Part shown: one piece after another, positions 53,678-64,000 of the stretch
Layout of the letters: each line of letters opens with the position of its first letter
How positions within the stretch are numbered: the first letter of the stretch is position 1
DNA from: Antedon mediterranea
Lineage: Eukaryota > Animalia > Echinodermata
Direction of reading: 5' to 3'
DNA: 64,000 nt
NCBI RefSeq assembly: GCF_964355755.1
Contig: NC_092677.1
Coordinates: forward strand, 7,648,101-7,712,100
The notes under the pieces: generated by a model
Told to the model about the DNA's origin: nothing
Databases searched by the model: none
What the model saw: the letters and a program-made list of their open reading frames with translations, nothing else
Position numbers and translations under genes: made by a program

Positions 53678-53846
53678 CTAAGTTTGATATTCGCCATAAC
53701 ACTATGTCATATCATCAAACGACTTGTTTTATTTTTTTAAAGTAATTATTTTCTAAAAGATTGTTAACAAATACCGAGTTACCGGAGGAAGTCTGTCCGC
53801 TAATCACTGCGGTGAAAGGTGTTACTAAACGCCCAGTCATTGTCAT
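53678..53846 (-). pseudogene. Mirror copy of the ATPase stub
   Basis: Reverse complement of 53342-53510. Confidence 0.8.
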
Positions 53847-55359
53847 TATACTGCTTTCTTAACTTGAATTTTCATATAAGTAGTTGAAAACAAAAATTTA
53901 AAAAATGTAACAAGATTCATGAAACAATTATTTTTTTTTTATGTAACAAACTTAATGACAAAATAAATTTTATGCAAAAAGATTCTTGACAAATTATGTT
54001 TATGTAACAAATTTAATGATAAAATAAAATTTATGTAAAAAGATTCTTGATAAATAATTTTTTATTTAACGAATTTCATGACCATTTTTTTTTCTTATTT
54101 AACAAGTTTTTGATTCTGAAATTAATCGACATACTTATAAAGAATAAATCTATAATCACAATTAAATTTATAAACAAATAATGATATTTAATATTAGTAT
54201 AATTATTTCCATACAAAAAGTATAAATAAAATCAAATATTTACACACAAAAATATTGCATAAATGATATTTACAAAATAATTACAAAGGTTAAAAATAAA
54301 TTCTCTTATTTACAAGAATATTACACAAATAATTCTTAAAAACTTAAACGAACTAGGCCTACTGAACAAATGGACTGAATGACAAAATATTTTTTTCAAC
54401 AAAATAATTCTTTATGTTACATACGGTTGATAAAATCAATTGATGCAACTAATTCTTAGCAAAATAATTTTCTGTTACAAACTTCTTGTAAAAAATAAAT
54501 TTATGTAACGAATTTCTTTACAAATTTATTTTTATGTAACAAATATTTTGAAAAATTTATTTTCATGTAACAAATTTATCTACACAAATATTTTTATGAA
54601 ACAAACTTCTTAACAAATTTATCTTATGTAACAAATTTCTTTACAAATTTATTTTTATGTAACAAATGTTCTTGAAAATATATCTAACATGATATAAATT
54701 TAATTTAGAATATGTTTTATTTAACATAATGACAGGTAAATAAAATTATAACACTGAATCATTATTTTTTTTTTTTTTATATATATATATAGCTGTTTTA
54801 TTCGTATGTATATTTTTCACAATCATAAATGAACAACAACCCTAATTACGGCCTAAATTAAATAAATGTACAAAGTAAATTCAGTATAATATATTTTATT
54901 TATTTTTGACAACTATCTTGACAACATTTAATTATGTTTTACGGTAATTACTATATTCAAACTGTGTCATCCTTTGTAATTGTCATTAGCTTCTGTCGGA
55001 ACGATGGTTTCTTTTCTTTGATCATGTGGATTTCCAATTTCAATCCATTTCTATATGGCTAATCTGCAATCATTAGTTTCCGTTCGCTCTTTTTTTTTTC
55101 TTTTTTTTTTTTTTATAAAATCTCTTCACTATACTAAGGATTAAAAATTACATTCGGCTCCGTATATTCACATTTTTGACAAAATTAAATGTTAATGTTG
55201 TAACTTTCTAAACACAAATAAATCACATAAATAATAAAAACACATTTCCTGACAAAATTAGTTTCTATGTTACAACTTCTTTTTAAAAACAAAAATAAAT
55301 GTTTTAAGTTGTAACTTTCTTGGTAATTACATCCATTATCATTTGTTTTGTCGAGCGTT

Positions 55360-55884
55360 ATGGTTGATTTAGAGGAAGTAGTTTTAGCATACATTGAATA
55401 TAAATTGACGGGGTTAATTGTTTTGGATTCACCCATCCTCCAGAGTACTATTCGTGCTTGTAAAGAGTTGGAAAACCATTTTAATGTGTTAGAATTGTGT
55501 AAAGATATTTCTTCGGAAGCGCTGTATTATGTATTAGAACAAATGATGAGCGATAAAAAAATAAATGTCGGCAGATTTGTGACAGGACTCGTTGTATGTA
55601 CATGTGTTGCGAAACAATGTGACACTGAAATGCAGTTAGAAAATGTAAAACGTGTCTCTTGTGGATTTTTCAAGGAAAAGTTTTCGTTATTTGAACTTCG
55701 TAATGACGATAAATCGGTTAGTATGTTTTTTTTTTGTTTTTTTTTCGTGGGTATTTTAACAAATATTCTTAAATTATTCATTTTATTTATAATGCGCGTG
55801 TTTCGTTTACTAATTATTTTTATTTTTTATTTTCGTTCAGAATTTGTTTCTGTGCTGGAAGGGAGATGTTTTTTTTCAGAGTAG
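55360..55884 (+). CDS. Bcl-2-like protein, right-arm copy with a -1 frameshift in the poly-T anchor region (174 aa)
   Basis: Same as left copy except Asn/His and a 20- vs 21-nt T-rich tract. Confidence 0.7.
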   Translation: MVDLEEVVLAYIEYKLTGLIVLDSPILQSTIRACKELENHFNVLELCKDISSEALYYVLEQMMSDKKINVGRFVTGLVVCTCVAKQCDTEMQLENVKRVSCGFFKEKFSLFELRNDDKSVSMFFFCFFFVGILTNILKLFILFIMRVFRLLIIFIFYFRSEFVSVLEGRCFFSE

Positions 55885-57193
55885 TAGCATTCTTAGTGAC
55901 TGGTATGGTGTTAACGCTTGTTTTTTGTTGAATGTCTTCAGATGTTTCCTCTAATCATCAAAACAAATTATTATGAACACCATATTGTATTGATCTCTCT
56001 AATTAATTTTAGATGTGTTATCATTTATCTAAAATGTATATTTCTCAATAATAACCCTTTACTTTATAAATTTGGTAAAAATACATTTATAATATGCCTT
56101 TTTATTGAAACCGTCGTTACATATCGTGCGTCTCAAATTTGTTTTCTTTTGTGTGCGTTTTATTTTTTTAGCAGTACGTATTGTGTCTTTCTTAAAAGAT
56201 TTAAAATTGAAAACACGTAGAAAATGAAATTCATTTTGAAATAAAGAAATTGTATTTAAATTTAATTAATCTATGCTTTATACATTTTGTATGTTTATTT
56301 TTGTAATATTACTTATTATATATAAAATATAACTTTACATTACAGATCTATTGTACTGTTTAAAATTAAAAGAAGTAAACAGAATATTTATAATCACAAT
56401 CATTTATTATGTGTGTTTGCAATTACATTTAACAACAACAGAAAAGAAAACAAATTAAATTAAGTCGATAAATAAATTTACCGTGAATTAAAGTAGGAAA
56501 ACTACTTTTACAAATTTACACTGACAGTAAATTAAGTCAAAACATAGGCCTAATTAATTTCATTTCATTAAACAAATCTATTGCAATACACAATTCACAA
56601 ACATAATAATAATTTAACAGAAAAGAAAACAAATTATTTTCCGGGCCGATTCCTTGTACCATAACAACTAACCTTTCAGGCTCAGGTACAATTGCTTGAT
56701 CAAACTACATCGGGTGAATAACGAGAGAAGGAATTAAAGTAAGACAATAATAATAATAATACGCGTGGAATCTAACACACGGTTACGAATTCTAGTTATA
56801 TCATTATTACGATGATCGGGAATCTCTAAAATACTACAAACATAACGATAAAATGGAGTTTGAGCAAATATTGATCATGCCAACATGAACGGGTAAAACT
56901 AAATACAATACAACAGTAATTGAAATTAAAATAAAACACTTGACAAATCATTGACAATAAAACTATTTTCTTTTCAATACGTTCATGACAATACCGCTTG
57001 AAAAAATCGCTACATCATTTTTGAATGGTAGAGAGTGAGATTTTGGTTTACGGGTTATTTTGTTAGGATTAGTTGTTGTTATTTTTTCCAGTCCGATTCC
57101 TTGTACCATGCTACCAACTATTTCAAAATTGACTTCCTTTGATTTTTGGAAATTTAAAGTCAAACAGTTTGTCTGAATCAAATTTTATACACG

Positions 57194-57433
57194 TTATTTT
57201 TCCAAATCCATTCCCCATTGTTCATCAATAACACTTACAAGTACCCAGTTTCGTTTGAATTTACGTTGAATGGATTTGTGTAATGTATATGTATCTAGCT
57301 TGCTCAGTCAGTCTTGAACTTGTCTCTTGGTAATATTTAAATCGTATTTTACATTTTGATAAAGTCGGTCCACACCATCAAAACTATCAGGATGCTTAGG
57401 ATCGTAATATACTTTTCTTAAGTACTCATCCAT
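57194..57433 (-). pseudogene. Mirror copy of the integrase stub
   Basis: Reverse complement of 49751-49990 with the same stop codons. Confidence 0.85.
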
Positions 57434-57686
57434 ACTCATTACCCTCATTCACCCAAATGAAAATTTAAAAAATAAATAAAATACTTAAATAACACGCAAA
57501 GATCAAATTCATTTTCGTTGTTGTTGCTATTAAAAGAAAAACCACAACCTTTATTTTAACACATATTCTATTTCAATATAATTTACAACCATAATAATAA
57601 TAAATTTACCGAAAAGAAATAAGAATTATAAAAATATGTAACATTAATTAAAAAAGTGTTAAGATATTTTTTTAAATTTGTACAAA

Positions 57687-58415
57687 TTACAATTGGTAAA
57701 GAATCTTATTAAAAAGTTCTGAATCATTTGTAATCAACTTTATGGCTTTAGCGAACGCATCAACATTTATACAACGTAAATGAAAGTAGTTTAGCGCCCA
57801 TTCAAAATGGGTAGCGCTATTGTCCACAAGTTTCAATGCCAGAATTGGTCGAAAAAATGTTAGGAGTTGTTCATATCTTGAGCCGTGAAAGTTATAACGT
57901 TCAACCATGTCCTTCAGAATGAATATAAATTCTTCTATGAAAACCTTCTCAATTGTTCTCATTATCTCTTTGTACTCAAGTTCGGTAGTTTCTTTCTTAA
58001 TCTCCGCCTCCAGCACAGGGTTCAGGTACTCTTCCGCAAACACCTCATCTTCTACATCATCTTCTACATCGGCTTTTCTTGCCAGAAATAGGTGGTAGTC
58101 AACTACCGATGACGTGTCGTCGTATACAATCCTCTCCTCTTCAGAAATTATTCTCGATCTATAATGTTCGTCTTCTTCAGTATTAGATACATTATTGAAA
58201 TCAACGTTCATTGGAGGTGGGGGTTGAATCGCTATTAAACACGTCATATCCCCCATCTCTTCCCTCATCTCTTCCTCCTCCTCTGCTGTAAAATAGGCAC
58301 CAGTCATAGCTAGTATGTCTTCGTCTTCAAATTCTGAATCACTGCTTATATATATAACATCTTCTTCGACATCAGAGTCCATAGTAAGATCAATGATTTC
58401 AATCACGGAACCCAT
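57687..58415 (-). CDS. Right-arm copy of the 242-aa tandem-SIM protein
   Basis: Open; differs from the left copy at 3 aa (D/G, N/D, S/T). Confidence 0.8.
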   Translation of the reverse strand: MGSVIEIIDLTMDSDVEEDVIYISSDSEFEDEDILAMTGAYFTAEEEEEMREEMGDMTCLIAIQPPPPMNVDFNNVSNTEEDEHYRSRIISEEERIVYDDTSSVVDYHLFLARKADVEDDVEDEVFAEEYLNPVLEAEIKKETTELEYKEIMRTIEKVFIEEFIFILKDMVERYNFHGSRYEQLLTFFRPILALKLVDNSATHFEWALNYFHLRCINVDAFAKAIKLITNDSELFNKILYQL

Positions 58416-61400
58416 AGTAACTAGTTGTTGGTTTTTGGTCTGTCTTGTCGAGCTCTGTAGCGTTGTAGAATGAGGTAAAGATTACAAAATAATCGAGAGT
58501 TATATACAGTCAAAGAATTACATTCGGCATTTACTAAATTTGTTTCAGCCAATTGTCATTGTTGTATTTCCTGTCGGAACATTGTGTCGAAGCGTCGTGT
58601 ATCTTTTGTTTCATTAAGTAGCTTCCCCAATGTCATTCAATTTAAAAAATGTCCGATCCAAAATCATCAAAGATCAAACCGTTTTCTCATAACTCGCTGC
58701 ATACTAGCCCTAGCCTTATCAGCTATTTTAGAATCGGCGTAATCAGCTGTTGGTTTGTAGAAGTTCATACTGATGAAAACTGTACTAAATTCTCTTAACT
58801 TTTTGTTTTAGTCATTGTTATAATATCCTGATCAAATTAACTTATGTTGTTACGTTGTTTTAATTAAACCAGGAGCATCTTTTATTGTACCCCTTTTTAA
58901 AAATACCGCCAAGTACATGACTAATTCAAATCTTACAACAATCTTTTACTTCCTTACCGTACCCAATGTTAACCATTGTAATATTATATCCGAAACATAA
59001 CACCTATTGACTTCAACCATTGTATACCATTTGTTCTCATCACAAACGACTAAATCATCACCAAATATTTTTTATTTATTATTTAATAATTTTATATTAC
59101 AATGTATATTAATCTATATAACAATTCTATATAACAATTCCCTCTTTACCCACTTTTTGTTTTATTTTAAAAGGAAACAAAGAAATCTTTTCGTAAACGT
59201 AACCAATTTAAATGAAAATAAAACTAAACATTGGAAAACAAAAATCATCAAAAATAGTGAAACTAACTTTTAAAAGGAAACAAAGAAATCTTTTCGTAAA
59301 CGTAACCAATTTAAATGAAAATAAAACTAAACATTGTAAAACAAAAATCATGAAAAATAGTGAAGCTAACATCATGACGTCACACATTAAACTTTAGTAT
59401 GTCAAACACCCCGTGTCACTGCTTTCGATTTATACCCTTTGTTAACAAATCCGGAAGATGGTTAATTACCTGTCGGTATAGTTCAATCAAGACATACTTA
59501 TTATTTAACTTCATTCATTCTTATCTTTTTGTTTTAGTCATTGTTATAATATCCGGATCAAATAACTTATGTCTTTGGATTATGTCGGCATACATCAAGC
59601 AAAAACCTCAATTAACTAGTTTTAATTAACCAGGTGCATCTTTATTGACTCTGACTAATTCAAATCTTACAAAAACTATATTGTCTCACTTCCTTACCCT
59701 ATGTTAACCATTGTATTATAATCCGAAACATAACATCTATTGACTTCAACCATTGTAAACCATTTTGTTCTCATCACAAGCAACTAAATTACCATATCAT
59801 TTTTATTTAATATTTATTAATTTTATATTATAATGTATATACCACGACTGACTAGACCTGCAGGATAACCTCTTCGCAAAAAACAAACTGTAATGACATT
59901 CAACCAAAACCCCAATTCCAGCAGCTTGCAATCAATTTGATTTTTTGTTTAAAGTATAGTTTTTTCATGTAAATCATTTTTGGTCAAATTGGACTATTAT
60001 GCGGAAATTACATAACTAGTACGAAACCAGGAAAAGAACGACCTTCATTAGAAACACCTGCAGGAAGTTACATAACTAATACAATAACAGGAAATGAACG
60101 ACCTTCATTAGAAACACCTGCCGGAAACGACCTTCATTAGAAACACCTGGCGGAAACGACCTTCATTAGAAACACCTGGCGGATATTACGTAATCAGGAA
60201 ATACACCAAAGTCATGGCTGACTGATCATTTTCTGTCTGAAGTAGGACTACTTCTACTCGTGTCATTGAGACTTTAACAGGCATATTCACCATCATGTGG
60301 TGTTTAGGTAAAAAACCATGGAATTAAGATGATTCCTGAATTCACTCAACCATTGCATCTTTCACTTGCGTGTGAGCTGCATGCTTTCTCTATCAAGCAG
60401 CTGGCTGGGCACGTCACACACGCACGCGGAGACCTGTGTAGGGGAATACCCTGTTATGTCAACCAAACAACAACTATGCTCTGTGTACAGCTCGCTAGCT
60501 CCAAAACCACGATGTTCAGCAGTTATCAAATAGAACTTCTTGTAAATTTTAGTGTTAGGTTTTTATATTTTAGCTAAAATATATATATATATATATTAAT
60601 TAAATTTATTAAGGCTTGACTAGGCCTGTAGTGAACAATCGTCGTGTTGTGTTAGTATGCTCAGCAAAAAAAAAGTGGGAGGCCAAGCGGAACTCGCTGT
60701 TCAGCGGGGGGGATCGTACGATCCCCCCGATCCCTCCCCTGGTTACGGGCCTGTTAGATATAAAATAGGCCTCACTGTTATATGACATATTTATCTATAT
60801 ATAAATTTACGTAAGGGCAAAATTCGGTAAATCGCGCGTTTTTTCTAGAATGTTTACTCGATGGTATATAAAGTTGGTTAGAATCTCGGTACTGATTTTA
60901 ACCACCTGATGTAACCCTGTTTACTAATTAAATTGAGTCAGGTAATTAGTTATTGACAATTAAAACGAATTTAGGTTCAACGATTTGCCCCAAATAGGGG
61001 TGTTTTTCGATCGTGGTATACACTGTCTAATGGATGTCCGTCTTGAAAAATACCCACAGACAATAATACGGGGATGCTTCGTATTTTCCTATCTTCTCCT
61101 ACGATAATTATTTTTAATGGCTGAAAACCGGTTGAACAGCTCGAGTACAGCATCATAATGTTGAAGACAGGCCGCTTTTCTTTAAAAAATACTTTTTTTA
61201 TAGATTTAATATACGTTTATACAAATGTATTGATTTGCGATGAATGGAACATTCCAAATTATTGCATACCTCCATGGTTTAACACAAGTAGGTAAATTTA
61301 TAGACCCTTGGAGAATAAACAGAAATAGTATTGTAATGCTATACAATACTGCAAATAGGTATTAACCACTTTTGATCGCCATTTAAGTGTGTTGGTACTG

Positions 61401-61949
61401 TTAGATATAATATAAACAAATATACTAATAAACGTTATCACTGTGAGTGTGGGTAGCTCCTACTTTTAGATTATAAACACATAATAATATAATACGTTAT
61501 TACTGTCAGTTGTTTCTCAACGTATGTATTAATTAATAATTACAAAAATATAAACGTATTAGTGGTCTTTAAATGTACTTTACCATTTCAATCGACCATG
61601 AGACAGTGACAGTTTTAATAAAGTATTAAATCGGAAATGTTTTACTCTATGTAGTGGTATATTATTTATAGGCCTATAAACAAAATATTTTGTTACTGAT
61701 TGGATAATAAAGAAATATAAAGAATAGTTTAACAAATTGGGTTTGTTTAAATGAGTTCAAATAACAAATTTCTACTCATTTTGTGACAAGTTTCTAGGTG
61801 CTAATTTTGGTTGACTACATAAATCATTGTGTCTATTTATTTGTTTCTGTAAACGACAATGTTTTATAGTCCTGCCGTACGTACATTTGAAATCGCCAGT
61901 TTTTTTACGCTGAAATTACTATGTATTCGAGAACCATCTGTGGGCACGA

Positions 61950-61988
61950 ACTAGATGGTACGCGAGCGAAGCGAGCGTACCATCTAGT
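61950..61988 (+). mobile_element. Helitron-like 3' end hairpin
   Basis: ACTAGATGGTACGC-gagcgaagcga-GCGTACCATCTAGT ending in CTAG|T. Confidence 0.45.
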
Positions 61989-64000
61989 ATATATAATAAT
62001 ATGTAGTGTGTTCTCATAAAAGGCGTCATGAGTTACCTCTCAGACACCTTTCTATAATATATTTCAAGAGTATTGTCTGTGTCAATGTTTTCACAGGTTG
62101 TCGCTATATCAAAGTTTTTTCATCTAACATCTGGTTGATAGAAGTGATTGCTCCATTTTTATAAAATGACGTAGTGTAGTGTAGTGGATACATCTGCTTG
62201 CTTTGGTAAACAATGCATTTACGCATAAACAAACAAATCTATTAAAACTACTAACGACACTGATGGCTTAAGTTATTTGCATAAGTACGGTAACATGTGT
62301 CACACTCTCATGGTTATGGTGAACCTGTTTTTTCGTCACTCCTCCATTTGCCTTTGAGCGAACAGTCCGATTTGTGAAGGTTTAATATTGTGTGTTGTAT
62401 TATGGTGTGCGCTACTCTCTCTCTCCCAGAATAACCAATTCTAGGATGTTTAATGTTACTATGTATAACGCTTGCATTTTATGTGAAAGCAGAGGAACGC
62501 CTAGCCTAGGTGCGAATAATATATTATTGTGGTGGTAAGTAAACGAATTTTAAAACAGATTGTACAGTGGGTGTAGCTACATTTAGTAGTTTAATATGTC
62601 AGTGCTGTAGGCCCCTAACTTTTGTGAAACTATAGCAATTTTTAACACTCAATATTTAACAATAAAAAGTTTAATTTAATTAAAAGTTGCCGTTTTATTG
62701 TAAACTGTGGAAAAAATAATAAATGCAAACTATAAATTAAAATAAAGAACCGATCTGACAGTTAAATCCAAGGCTACAGATACCAATCTCAGATTTTCCT
62801 ATGCATTAGCGACGTCGCATACAATTGACGGAAGGATGTACGTTGGAAAACCGTAACTCTCGTTGCATTTAAAGCCGAGTTATAGGCCTATTGACAGAGT
62901 TTACTTTCAACAAGTACATCCAATACCATTTTCAAAGTAATTTTTATCATTTTCACTCCACATTAATGTGCTATGAAAAGTCTGCCGTGCAAACATAATT
63001 TTATTAGGCCATACATAATATATATAATACAGGAAAAAAGATCTTGGCAGTCATATGGTTATCAAGTGCGGGTAGAGATTTTTATTGCCTGTTGTATCAT
63101 AGCCAAGTTTAGGATATACTATATATCATTTCTTCGTTTAATCATGAAGCTCATACTTTTTGTGAAAGGAGAGAAGCCTGAAACCTTACATTAGTGTGGT
63201 AAGTACACGGTGTGTTTACTACTAAAACATGATCAATTATTTATAAACAAACAAATTTGCGAAAATCAATTTTACAGCTTCTTTTATTTTTCGAAAGAAT
63301 TGCCAATTTATTTGTATCTAAAAACCAAATGAACATTTTAAAATCAAATTATAGATAGAGCTTAAAATACACTTTCGAAACTCACTTTATGTTATTAATA
63401 CATACAGAAGTTATCAATCCAACCAAATATGCTGTTGCTGAACTTGCAACTGTTATTAAAGGCTTTGCATTGCAGGCTATAAAAATAAAGGTACATAAAA
63501 ACCACATTAAGTAAACGTTTGGTTCGGTAAAAGTTAAGTGGATGAAACACACACACAAAATGTTCAACACACGCAAAAGTTTAATTTTAAGTACCTCCAA
63601 ATGTATTGTTAAGTTTGTGGGCGGGTGATGGAGTAGTCTCACTATTCAACAGGTTACTTGGCGCTTTAGTTGACAAACCACTACAAGTTGTTGAGGTGCA
63701 GTCATTATTTTCAGAACCTTTAGGCCTAATTCAATTGATGTAAAGGAGAAAATGATACATGTTACAATCGACTTAAAGAAAGTATAAGTTCTATCTATTT
63801 GGCTTAAAACATAGTGGGTTTGCGGCCAAACAATGTACAAAAGTTGTCATTAAATTTGAGTCAATTCATTCTACTTTGTCGTTCGTTTTGTGAGTAGGCC
63901 TACAACCTCCATGTGCTTAATTAATGTGGTAATTCAACGCGACCGGAAGATAATCTCTAACTTACTAATTCGAGAATAAGTTATGTTAACGAAACTGGTT

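Larger units (their letters stand above)
46936..60258. mobile_element. Fully palindromic non-autonomous Maverick/Polinton (adintovirus-like) derivative, 13,323 bp
   Basis: AGTAGAAGTAGT...ACTACTTCTACT termini; 6-bp TSD CGTGTC (46930-35, 60259-64); arms 46936-53575 and 53613-60258; integrase and ATPase remnants. Confidence 0.92.
35839..60753. mobile_element. Outer hAT-like element (apparent 5-bp TSD), inflated to 24.9 kb by nested insertions
   Basis: CAGGGCCGTAACCAGG / CCTGGTTACGGGCCTG (15/16 match), TTAGA on both flanks. Confidence 0.6.

Noticed and set aside
46936-60258. Long-read fold-back artefact as the explanation for the palindrome
   Set aside because: Arms differ by SNPs and indels, the palindrome stops exactly at element termini with a correct TSD and unique flanks; not fully excluded without raw reads
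62760-63490. Possible exons with splice-like boundaries (about 63033-63198, 63408-63489)
   Set aside because: In-frame stops and no recognisable domain; cannot be supported

Overview
AT-rich, transposon-saturated invertebrate genomic DNA; the frequent TAGGCCTA motifs and the repeat repertoire suggest a marine deuterostome such as an echinoderm (inference only). The only convincing host gene is a multi-exon gene at 11.7-16.3 kb (+) encoding a probable secreted, GPI-anchored, single Ig V-domain protein. Most of the rest is nested mobile DNA: P-superfamily elements (one with a spliced THAP remnant), tiny P-type excision-footprint-like palindromes, a foldback element built of hairpin repeats, Academ-like elements, hAT-like elements with apparent 5-bp TSDs, Helentron/HINE MITEs, CR1/L1-Tx1/Rex fragments, a Merlin remnant and a Penelope-type hammerhead palindrome. 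The standout feature is a 13,323-bp near-perfect palindrome (46936-60258; arms about 6.64 kb, 37-bp spacer). It has Maverick/Polinton AGT termini and an exact 6-bp TSD (CGTGTC). Each arm has broken integrase and packaging-ATPase stubs, no recognisable pPolB or capsid genes, and two open accessory ORFs: a Bcl-2-like protein and an acidic tandem-SIM protein with a possible death-fold C-terminus. It looks like an integrated snap-back, non-autonomous Maverick derivative carrying an anti-cell-death cassette. All family assignments come from motif recognition by eye, not from database searches.
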